From assembly GCA_040380755.1 (NCBI GenBank), contig JBEIIL010000001.1, positions 3,418 to 67,417 of the forward strand: a stretch of DNA of 64,000 bases. The letters are read 5' to 3'. The translations under genes and the position numbers were made by a program. This document shows positions 1-10,903 of the stretch, piece by piece. The DNA is from Methylobacteriaceae bacterium. Its GTDB lineage: Bacteria; Pseudomonadota; Alphaproteobacteria; Rhizobiales; Beijerinckiaceae. Below the pieces are notes generated by a model. The model saw nothing but the letters and a program-made list of their open reading frames with translations. It was not told the DNA's origin and searched no databases. Each line of letters begins with the position of its first letter. Position 1 is the stretch's first letter.

Positions 1-644
1 GTTGCGATCAGGACTCCTATAATGATCAGAATGGCGCCAAGGACGACCTTGGCGCTCTTGCCACTGTGAATCAGGCTGTCGCGCCAGCGCATCAAGGCCT
101 GGCGCGACAGAAGTCCGAGCGCAATCAGCGGAAGTGCCGCCCCGATGCCGAACACGGTCATCGTGATCGCGACCTGCCCGAGGTTGGATCCTTGCGAGGC
201 AAGCACAGAGGCTGCCCCCAGCGTCGGACCGACGCAGGGACTCCAGACTGCGCCCAGCAAAAGGCCAACGCCGAATTGCCCTCCGATTCCGCGGGTCGAG
301 AAGCCCGACATGTTTCGCTCGGCCCAGTCGCTGACTGGTCCGCCGGCGGCAGCGAGCCTGATCTGCAGCGGCGGAACGACCAGCACGACACCAAGCATCA
401 CCATCAGGATGGCGGCCGCGATCCGGAAGACGTCAGCATCCAGACCGATCGAAAAGCCGATCGTGGCAATGAACAGCCCGATGGTGACGAAGGAGAGCGC
501 GACGCCGCCGGCCAAGGCCAGCGGCGCGAGGCGATGCTCGGCCGCGGCCGAGCCGAGAACGATCGGCAGCAGGGGCAGCACACACGGAGACAGGACCGAC
601 AACAGTCCCGCCAGGAAAGCCAGTCCAAGACTGCCGACAAGCAT
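1..644 (-). CDS. ccdA: Cytochrome c biogenesis protein CcdA / DsbD-family thiol-disulfide transporter (C-terminal end runs off the left edge)
   Basis: Minus-strand ORF from ATG at 644-642 with no stop before position 1, so it is absent from the ORF track. Hand translation MLVGSLGLAFLAGLLSVLSPCVLPLLPIVLGS...GAVWSPCVGPTLGAAS is multi-TM with two SPC motifs typical of CcdA. It starts 9 nt after the thioredoxin gene stop. Confidence 0.85.
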   Translation of the reverse strand, partial: MLVGSLGLAFLAGLLSVLSPCVLPLLPIVLGSAAAEHRLAPLALAGGVALSFVTIGLFIATIGFSIGLDADVFRIAAAILMVMLGVVLVVPPLQIRLAAAGGPVSDWAERNMSGFSTRGIGGQFGVGLLLGAVWSPCVGPTLGAASVLASQGSNLGQVAITMTVFGIGAALPLIALGLLSRQALMRWRDSLIHSGKSAKVVLGAILIIIGVLIA

Positions 645-653
645 GGTCTGACC

Positions 654-1049
654 TCAGATCGCTTTGGCCAGAAGACCCGTGATGGAGGCCTTGTTGGTGT
701 CGCCAACCGAGCGACCTGCCTCCGCTGCCCCCTTGAAGGTGATCAGCGTGCTCTGCGAGCGCACGCCAAACTGCTTCACCACATCCTTCTGCCCGTCGTA
801 GTCGACCCGGAAGACCACAAAGTCCTTGAACTTCGGCTCATCACGCAGCTGCGAGATGATCGGCGCCTGCGTCTTGCAGGTGGGGCACCAGTCCGCATGG
901 ATTTCCACCAGGATGGACTTGCCGGATTTCTGCGCCGCCTCGAAGGCAGCCTGGGTGAAGGGAGCGGCCGCAGGAGCCGCGAGTGCCGGTGCAATGGCCA
1001 GCACTGCAGCAGCAAGTCCCGACAGGACGACGGTTCGACGATGGATCAT
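654..1049 (-). CDS. Thioredoxin-family protein with signal peptide
   Basis: ORF 654..1082. Likely start is MIHRR at 1049, preceded by GGAGGAA. WCPTC active-site motif. N-terminal hydrophobic signal AAAVLAIAPALAAPAAA. Confidence 0.85.
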   Translation of the reverse strand: MIHRRTVVLSGLAAAVLAIAPALAAPAAAPFTQAAFEAAQKSGKSILVEIHADWCPTCKTQAPIISQLRDEPKFKDFVVFRVDYDGQKDVVKQFGVRSQSTLITFKGAAEAGRSVGDTNKASITGLLAKAI

Positions 1050-1221
1050 GGGTTCCTCCGAGGGGCCATAGGTGGCGCACAACCCATAGTTCGCCGCGAT
1101 CCGCTCTCAAGTTACGGTCACGACTGTGATCACGCGCTGTTGATCACGGGGCGATGAGCGCTGCTTGGAAACGATCCGCCCCACAGCGCCGACAGTGCCA
1201 GCAGCGAACCCCCGGTCAGAG

Positions 1222-1243
1222 CCGGCATCCGGCCGGATGCCGG
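1222..1243. repeat. Perfect 22-bp palindrome CCGGCATCCGGCCGGATGCCGG
   Basis: Read directly; the reverse complement is identical. Lies in the 440-bp non-coding gap between the thioredoxin gene and tctC. Confidence 0.9.
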
Positions 1244-1521
1244 ACCCGACATGGTGTCGGAGACCGGTCGATCCGCGGCCTTGATGTTGGGGGGCATCGG
1301 CACACACCCATGAGCGCCTGGTCGGCGACCAGCGGCAGTGTGTCCCTGCGCCTCAGCGTTTGGTGGCGTCACCCGGTTCCTTCGAGAAGCCGGCTTGCGC
1401 CCCTTCCGCGCGCGATGACCCGCACGGCGCGCGGGCAAATCGCCGATTTTCCACTCCCCATGGCGACCCAAACCGGTTTAGCCTGCTCGCAAGCGGGCCT
1501 TGACCCGCAGGAGGAACCGCC

Positions 1522-2502
1522 ATGGTCGTCGCCAACCGCCGTCGCCTGCTCGCCGGGATCGCCGGTGCCGTCTGCCTTTCCGCCCTGCCCGCCTTTGCCC
1601 AGGACGCCTGGCCGTCGCGCCAGGTGACGTTGGTGGTACCGTTCACCGCCGGCGGCACGACCGACATGTTCGGGCGCATCCTTGCGCAATACATGCAGGC
1701 CAAGTTCGGGCCGCCCTTCGTGGTGGAAAACCGGGCCGGTGCCGGCGGCAATGTCGGAACGCTCGGCGTCGCGCGCGCGCCGGGCGACGGCTACACGCTG
1801 CTGGTCGGCACGGTCTCGACCCACGCCATCAACCCCTTCCTGTACCGCAACCTGCAGCACGATACCGAGAAGGACTTCCAGCCGGTGAGCCTGATCGCCC
1901 GGCTGCCCAACATGCTGGTGGTGCACCCCAAGATCGCGGCAACCACGACCGCCGAGTTCATCGCCTACGCCAAGGCCAATCCCGGCAAGCTGAGCTACGG
2001 CTCGTCGGGCGCCGGCACCTCGACGCATCTCGCGGCCGAGTTGTTCCAGACGCTCACCGGCACGACGATGACGCATGTGCCCTACCGCTCGTCAGGTGAT
2101 GTCATGAACAATCTGGCAGGCGGACATATCGACCTGGCCTTCGACAACATGACGCTGGCGTGGCCGCAGGCGCAGGCCGGCACGATCCGGGCGCTCGGCG
2201 TCACCAGCGCGCAGCGCAGCCCCGCCGCCCCGCAGGTCCCGGCCATCGCCGAGGCCCTGCCCGGCTTCGAGGCGACCTCCTGGCACGGGCTGTTCGTGCC
2301 CGCCTCGACGCCGAAGCCGGTGGTGGATGCGCTGGCGGCCGAGGTGAAGCGGATCCTCGATCTGCCCGAGGTGCAGAAGAAGCTCGCGGATGTCGGCGCC
2401 GTCCCGTCAGCCAACACGCCGGCCGCGTTCACCGCCTTCATCGCGACCGAGCGGGACAAGTGGCAGAAGGTGGTGAAGGCTTCGGGCGTCAAGGTCGAAT
2501 AA
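1522..2502 (+). CDS. Bug-family (TctC-like) tripartite tricarboxylate transporter substrate-binding protein
   Basis: ORF 326 aa with RBS GGAGGAA. Signal peptide ending AFAQDAWPSRQVTLVVPFTAGGTTD, the hallmark Bug/TctC N-terminus. Confidence 0.9.
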   Translation: MVVANRRRLLAGIAGAVCLSALPAFAQDAWPSRQVTLVVPFTAGGTTDMFGRILAQYMQAKFGPPFVVENRAGAGGNVGTLGVARAPGDGYTLLVGTVSTHAINPFLYRNLQHDTEKDFQPVSLIARLPNMLVVHPKIAATTTAEFIAYAKANPGKLSYGSSGAGTSTHLAAELFQTLTGTTMTHVPYRSSGDVMNNLAGGHIDLAFDNMTLAWPQAQAGTIRALGVTSAQRSPAAPQVPAIAEALPGFEATSWHGLFVPASTPKPVVDALAAEVKRILDLPEVQKKLADVGAVPSANTPAAFTAFIATERDKWQKVVKASGVKVE

Positions 2503-2539
2503 GGCGACGCGCCCGCACCACCCGCACAGGGAGCGGCAA

Positions 2540-4596
<2,057 letters not shown>

Positions 4597-4668
4597 AACC
4601 CGGACAGCAACTACGTCTGCCTTCACCCTGCCACCTGCTTTCCCGTTCTTCGAAGAGGATGATGATTG

Positions 4669-6078
4669 ATGAAGACCGCCAAGGATGTCCTCAAGGCGAT
4701 CAAGGATAACGACGTCAAGTATGTCGACTTCCGGTTCACCGACCCGCGCGGCAAGTGGCAGCATGTCACGTTCGACGTCTCGATGATTGATGAGGAGATT
4801 TTCGCCGAAGGCACCATGTTCGACGGGTCATCGATCGCCGGCTGGAAGGCGATCAACGAGTCCGACATGACGCTGATGCCCGACCCGGCAACAGCCACGA
4901 TGGATCCGTTCTTCGCCGCATCGACCATGTCGATCGTCTGCGACGTGCTGGAGCCGACCACCGGCGAGCCCTACCCGCGCGACCCGCGTGGCATGGCCAA
5001 GAAGGCCGAGGCCTATCTGAAGTCGACCGGCATCGGCGACACGATCTTCGTCGGCCCCGAGGCCGAGTTCTTCGTGTTCGACGACGTGCGCTTCTCCGCC
5101 GAACCCTACAACACCGGCTTCAAGCTGGATTCGGTCGAGCTGCCGAGCAACGGCGACACGGAATATGAGGGTGGCAATCTTGGCCACCGCATCGCCACCA
5201 AGGGCGGCTACTTCCCCGTTCCGCCGCAGGACAGCGCCCAGGACATGCGCGGCGAGATGCTTGCCGCGATGGCGGCGATGGGCGTCAAGGTCGAGAAGCA
5301 CCACCACGAGGTCGCCTCGGCCCAGCATGAGCTCGGCATGAAGTTCGACACGCTGACGCTCATGGCCGACCAGATGCAGATCTACAAGTACTGCATTCAC
5401 AATGTCGCGCAAAGCTATGGTAAGACTGCTACTTTCATGCCGAAGCCGATCTACGGCGACAATGGCTCGGGCATGCATGTGCACCAGTCGATCTGGAAGG
5501 GCGGCAAGCCGACCTTCGCGGGCAACAAGTACGCTGACCTGTCGCAGGAGTGCCTCTACTACATCGGCGGCATCATCAAGCATGCCAAGTCGCTGAACGC
5601 CTTCACCAACCCGTCGACCAACTCCTACAAGCGTCTGGTCCCGGGCTACGAGGCTCCCGTGCTGCTGGCCTATTCGGCCCGCAACCGCTCGGCCTCGTGC
5701 CGCATCCCCTACACCTCGTCGCCGAAGGCCAAGCGCGTCGAGGTCCGCTTCCCCGACCCGATGGCGAACCCCTACCTCGCCTTCGCCGCCATGCTGATGG
5801 CCGGTATCGATGGCATCGTCAACAAGATCGATCCCGGCGCAGCCATGGACAAGGATCTTTATGACCTGCCGCCGCGCGAGCTGAAGAAGATCCCGACCGT
5901 TTGCGGCTCGCTGCGCGAGGCGCTGACCAATCTCGACAAGGACCGCACCTTCCTCAAGGCTGGCGGCGTGTTCAACGATGACTTCATCGACAGCTACATC
6001 GAGCTCAAGATGCAGGACGTCATGAAGTTCGAGATGACGCCGCACCCGGTCGAGTTCACGATGTACTACTCCTACTGA
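4669..6078 (+). CDS. glnA: Glutamine synthetase type I
   Basis: 469-aa [35 protein letters not shown]...[10 protein letters not shown]...[13 protein letters not shown] with an adenylylation-site region. The track start at 4666 is TTG; ATG at 4669 is preferred. Confidence 0.97.
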   Translation: MKTAKDVLKAIKDNDVKYVDFRFTDPRGKWQHVTFDVSMIDEEIFAEGTMFDGSSIAGWKAINESDMTLMPDPATATMDPFFAASTMSIVCDVLEPTTGEPYPRDPRGMAKKAEAYLKSTGIGDTIFVGPEAEFFVFDDVRFSAEPYNTGFKLDSVELPSNGDTEYEGGNLGHRIATKGGYFPVPPQDSAQDMRGEMLAAMAAMGVKVEKHHHEVASAQHELGMKFDTLTLMADQMQIYKYCIHNVAQSYGKTATFMPKPIYGDNGSGMHVHQSIWKGGKPTFAGNKYADLSQECLYYIGGIIKHAKSLNAFTNPSTNSYKRLVPGYEAPVLLAYSARNRSASCRIPYTSSPKAKRVEVRFPDPMANPYLAFAAMLMAGIDGIVNKIDPGAAMDKDLYDLPPRELKKIPTVCGSLREALTNLDKDRTFLKAGGVFNDDFIDSYIELKMQDVMKFEMTPHPVEFTMYYSY

Positions 6079-6122
6079 GGACCGGATCCAGGCGGAAACG
6101 TCCGGTCGATCCGGCATGCGGG

Positions 6123-6155
6123 CGGGGCGTCCTTCAGGGCGCCCCGTCTGCGTTT
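6123..6155 (+). terminator. Putative intrinsic terminator after glnA
   Basis: CGGGGCGTCC-TTCA-GGGCGCCCCG stem (10 bp with one G.T) followed by TCTGCGTTT. Confidence 0.55.
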
Positions 6156-6308
6156 GGAGGAGCCTGCTGGTCACCGCAAACAGCGTTTGGCCACGGGCCT
6201 GGATGCGTCACCGCTCTGTCGCAGCACAGACCTACCCGAGGGGCGTTGTCCGGCTGGGCCCTGTCCTGCCGAGACCTTTCCGTTCCATCCGCCTCGAACG
6301 AGAGCCTC

Positions 6309-8057
6309 ATGCGGTTGACCCTGGCCGTCGCGTCGCTGCTGGCCGCGACGTCGGTTCCGGCACTGGCCCAGACCATCTACCCGATCGACCGGGCGCAGAT
6401 CCTTGCCGGTTCGCGCTTCGACCTGAAGGTCGAGTTTCCGGGTCTCGCCGACCCGGCGAAGGTGTCGGTCACCGTCAATGGCGTCGACCATGCCCAGGCG
6501 CTGGGCAAGGCGGCAACGTTTACCGCCCGCGAGGACGACAAGGACCAGTCGGCCGTCGTGTTGCGCGACGTCGTGATCGGTAAGCCGGGCCGCTATGTGG
6601 TGAAGGCCACCGACGGCACCGCGACCCGCGAGGTCGCCTGGGACGTCTATGACACGCCAGGCGGCCGCAAGGCCAAGAACGTGATCCTGTTCGTGGGTGA
6701 CGGCATATCCAATGCTCATCGCGTCGCCGCCCGTATCCTGTCGCGCGGCATCTCCGAGGGCAAGTACAAGGGCAAGCTGACCATGGATGAGATGACGCAG
6801 ATGGCCCTCGTGGGCACGTCGGGCGTCGACTCGCTGATCACCGACAGCGCCAATTCGGCCAGCGCCTACACCACCGGGCACAAGTCCTCGACAAATGCCC
6901 TCGGTGTCTATGCGGACCGCACCGCCAGCACCACGGACGACCCGAAGGTCGAGACCATCACGTCGCTGGTCAAGCGCCAGGCCGGCATGGCGGTTGGTAT
7001 CGTGACCAACACCGAGATCGAGGATGCCACCCCGGCATCGATGATCGCCCACACCCGTCGGCGCGCTGACTACGACGTGATCGTCCAGCAGATGTTCGAT
7101 GCGAAGCCGGACGTGATCCTGGGCGGCGGTGCCGCCAACTTCATTCCGAAGTCGGTGGCCGGCTCGAAGCGCGGCGACGAGCAGGACTTCATCGCCAAGT
7201 TCAAGGATGCGGGCTACACGATCGCCACGACCGCGACCGAGATGAAGGCGGCCTCCGGCAGCGACAAGCTGCTTGGGCTGTTCAACCTCGGCAACATGGA
7301 CGGCGTTCTCGACCGCAAGTTCCTGAAGGTTGGCACGGTGAAGCGCTTCCCCGACCAGCCGGACCTCACCGAGCAGGTCAAGACCGCCATCGACATCCTG
7401 TCGAAGAACCCCAACGGCTTCGTCCGGATGGTCGAGGCCGAGATGATCGACAAGTTCACCCATGCGCTCGATATGGATCGTGCCATGTGGGACACGATCC
7501 TGCTCGACAACGCCGTGAAGGTCGCCAAGGACTTCGCTGACAAGTCCAACGACACGCTGGTCATGGTGCTGGCCGACCATACCCACCCGGTCGGGATCGT
7601 CGGCGTCATGAACGACGACATGAGCGGCCCGCCCCCGACAGGCCCGCTGCGTGAGGAGGTCGGCACCTACAATCTTGCCGGCTACCCGAACTATCCGGCG
7701 CCAGACGCCGAAGGCTATCCCAACAAGGTGGACGTGAGCCGGCGTATCGCCATGTTCTCGGCCTCCATCCCCGACCATTGGGAGACGTTCCGTCCCAAGC
7801 TCGACGGCCCGAACAACCCCACGGTTGCAGGCAGCGAGCGTGGCACCTTCGTTGCCAACGAGGTCTACGCCTCCTCACCGGGCGCCATGCTGCGCATCGG
7901 CAACCTGCCCAAGGGCGTGAACTCGGACGTCCACAGCGCCGAGGACTCGCTGCTCAACGCCCACGGCCCCGGTTCCGACATGGTCAAGGGCTTCATGGAC
8001 AACACCGACGTCTTCAAGGTGATGGTCAATGCGCTGGGCCTTGCCCGCACGCAGTAA
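6309..8057 (+). CDS. Alkaline phosphatase (PhoA family) with an extra N-terminal domain of about 100 aa
   Basis: Start MRLTLAVASLLAATSVPALAQ (signal peptide). PhoA catalytic motifs VGDGIS, TDSANSASAYTTG, EDATPAS, VEAEMIDKFTH and LADHTH. Confidence 0.85.
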   Translation: MRLTLAVASLLAATSVPALAQTIYPIDRAQILAGSRFDLKVEFPGLADPAKVSVTVNGVDHAQALGKAATFTAREDDKDQSAVVLRDVVIGKPGRYVVKATDGTATREVAWDVYDTPGGRKAKNVILFVGDGISNAHRVAARILSRGISEGKYKGKLTMDEMTQMALVGTSGVDSLITDSANSASAYTTGHKSSTNALGVYADRTASTTDDPKVETITSLVKRQAGMAVGIVTNTEIEDATPASMIAHTRRRADYDVIVQQMFDAKPDVILGGGAANFIPKSVAGSKRGDEQDFIAKFKDAGYTIATTATEMKAASGSDKLLGLFNLGNMDGVLDRKFLKVGTVKRFPDQPDLTEQVKTAIDILSKNPNGFVRMVEAEMIDKFTHALDMDRAMWDTILLDNAVKVAKDFADKSNDTLVMVLADHTHPVGIVGVMNDDMSGPPPTGPLREEVGTYNLAGYPNYPAPDAEGYPNKVDVSRRIAMFSASIPDHWETFRPKLDGPNNPTVAGSERGTFVANEVYASSPGAMLRIGNLPKGVNSDVHSAEDSLLNAHGPGSDMVKGFMDNTDVFKVMVNALGLARTQ

Positions 8058-8521
8058 CCCGGACGGCCGCGGCTTCAGCCGCCGCCACCTCCTGCTCGGG
8101 GCTGCCTGGCGCTGCCGGCGGCCTCCTTGGCTCGCCGGCGCGCGCGCAGCGTGCCGGCGACCTCAGTTTCGACGACCTCTACGAGGCGTCCGGCGTGCTG
8201 GGCCTGAAGTTTGCGCCGAAGATGCTGGCACTGAAGGGCAAATCTGTCCGCATGCAGGGCTACATGGCACCGTCATTGAAGCCCGAGAGCGAGTTTTTCG
8301 TCCTGACTCGGCAGCCCGTGACGATCTGTCCGTTCTGCTCGTCGGACGCCGACTGGCCGACCGACATCGTGGTGGTCTATCTGCAACGCGCCGCCACGCC
8401 GACGCGCTTTTCCGACCCGATCGAGGTCATCGGAACCCTCGAGGTCGGCTCTTGGACCGATCTCCACACCGGGTTCGTGTCACAGATCCGGCTGGTCCAA
8501 TCCGGATTCCGCATTGTCTGA
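8029..8521 (+). pseudogene. DUF3299-like periplasmic protein, apparently frameshifted (Tat-type signal and mature part are in different frames)
   Basis: The frame starting at ATG 8029 gives MRWALPARSNPDGRGFSRRHLLLG. The conserved body LPGAAGGLLGSPARAQRAGDLSFDDLYE...VRMQGYMAPSLKPESEFFVLTRQPVTICPFC... is in the +1 frame and has no ATG/GTG until 8195. The switch falls at the GGGG run 8098-8101. The span of 493 nt is consistent with a 1-nt insertion. Confidence 0.6.
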
Positions 8522-8525
8522 CGGT

Positions 8526-9220
<695 letters not shown>

Positions 9221-9224
<4 letters not shown>

Positions 9225-10441
9225 ACCCCTGGCCCTTTGCCTGGTCGGAACTGCGGCGCTCACCGTGGGGAGCCGGCGCCATTGTCCTGATCGTTGCCCT
9301 GGCGGTGGCGCTGGGCATTGCGGTATCGGCCCAGGAGCGCGCGCTCCGCCAAGGCAGCGCCCGGGCTGCCGACCCGTTCGACATCCTGGTCGGAGCACCG
9401 GGCAGCCAGTCGCAGCTGGTGCTCACCGGGATCTACCTGCAGCCGGCGGCCCTGCCGCTGATGGACAGCGACAGCTCTGCTGCGGTGACAAAGCGCAACG
9501 GCATTGTCTGGGCGGCCCCGCTCGCCTTCGGCGACAGCCTGCGCGGGCAGCCGGTGATCGGCACGACGGAAGCCTTCGTGACGCTGGGAGGGCGCCGGCG
9601 GCCGGCCGACGGCCGGCTGTTCGCCAGGGATGACGAGGCGGTGGTGGGGGCCGACGTGACGCTGGCCGTCGGCGACCGGTTCACGCCGACCCATGGCCAT
9701 TCCTCGTCGGACCCGCGGCCACGCCCGTTCGAGGTCGCGCATGAAGGCCACACGATCACGGTGGTGGGCCGGCTGCCGCGCAATGGGTCGCCCTTCGACC
9801 GGGCGATCCTGGTGCCGATCGAGGGTGTGTGGGAGACCCACGGCCTTCCGACAGGCCACCCCGAAGGATCGGATCAGCTCGGCCCACCCTGGGGCGAGCC
9901 GGCGGGCGGCATCCCGCTGATCGTCGTCAAGGCGGCCTCCATCGCCGACGCCTACAGGCTCCGCGGCCAGCTGCGCAGCCCGACCTCCATGGCGTTCTTC
10001 CCAGCCGAAGTGCTGGTGGAGCTCTACGCCACCATGGGTGATGTGCGGCAGGTCGTCTCCGCGATGGCCGTTGCCACCCAGGCGATGGTCTACCTTGCGA
10101 TTCTCGTCGCCGTGCTGGCGGTGACCGGCAGCCGCCGTCGGGAGGTGGCGGTGCTGCGCGCGCTGGGTGCACCGCGGGCCTATGTGGCGGCGGCACTCTG
10201 GCTTGGCCTCGCTGCGCTGATCCTGGCCGGCACGGTGCTGGGCCTCGGCCTCGGATTCGTGGCGGCTGCGGCCGCCTCCTCCGTCCTGGCGGTGAAGCTC
10301 GGCTTTGCCCTGCCCGTCACACTGGGCAGCACCGAGATCGCGGCGGCGGCCCTGGCGGCCCTGGTGGGACTTGTGCTCGCGCTGTTGCCGGCCCTTGTGC
10401 TCTACCGGCAGCCGGTCGGCGTCGCGCTGAAGGACGGTTGA
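9221..10441 (+). CDS. FtsX-like ABC transporter permease
   Basis: 406 aa with an N-terminal TM, a large periplasmic loop and three C-terminal TMs. Translationally coupled to the upstream ATPase. Confidence 0.85.
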
Positions 10442-10538
10442 GCGCAAGCCCCGGACGTCCACTGCCCGGGGATCGACGGCTGTCAGGCCGGACGGGAGGT
10501 GCGGGACCAGGCGAGGCGCAACCGCCATCCCGTTGGGC

Positions 10539-10655
10539 GGCGGCATGTTCGAAGACGACTTCATCGACGGCGACATCGCGCTGAAGACGCGGGACGTCAT
10601 GGCGTTCGAGATGATGTCCCAACCGGTCGGGTTCATGATTTCCGTTGCCGGCTGA
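10539..10655 (+). pseudogene. Relic of a glutamine synthetase C-terminus (glnA 3'-end fragment)
   Basis: Translation GGMFEDDFIDGDIALKTRDVMAFEMMSQPVGFMISVAG-stop. It aligns to the glnA end [38 protein letters not shown] (5962-6078). By hand count, 85 of 105 nt and 20 of 35 aa are identical. Confidence 0.7.
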
Positions 10656-10903
10656 GCCGCGCCGGCCCACCGGCCGGCACGGACGAGGGCCACGCGACGG
10701 ATGCAGGACGCCCCTACAGGCCAGTGTGCGCCCCGCTAGGGCGTGGTACGCGACGCCCGCTCGGCTCCTCACCATGATGACAGGGCGCGCGGGAGCGCTG
10801 CAGCCTCCCGCCCAGTATTCGGACCCCGCGCGGATGCGCCTGTAGCACGCCCGTCATGGAGCGTCGTTAACGTATCCTCCGAGTGTTTCGGGGGACCGCA
10901 CCA

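Noticed and set aside
66-1157. Many long ORFs in the track with Arg/Pro/Gly/Ala-rich translations, often antisense to or out of frame with recognisable genes. Examples are 66..1157, 6171..7778, 9260..10693, 25066..26634, 38095..40146 and 61112..62776.
   Set aside because: The composition is typical of non-coding frames in high-GC DNA. Each overlaps a gene with clear family motifs on another frame or strand, and none shows a recognisable domain.
1140-1300. Minus-strand stub MPPNIKAADRPVSDTMSGPASGRMPALTGGSLLALSALWGGSFPSSAHRPVINSA, resembling the first TM helix of an EamA/DMT transporter.
   Set aside because: Only about 20 residues resemble the family and the ORF stops immediately afterwards. 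This is too short to call a gene or a pseudogene, so it is mentioned only as context for the 22-bp palindrome.
10851-10868. Possible Pho box CGTCAT-GGAG-CGTCGT directly upstream of phoX.
   Set aside because: The repeat spacing is 10 nt rather than 11 nt. It also lies only about 35-50 nt from the start codons, leaving no room for a -10 element, a transcription start and the ribosome-binding site. An inverted CTGTCAT at about 10781 has no partner repeat.
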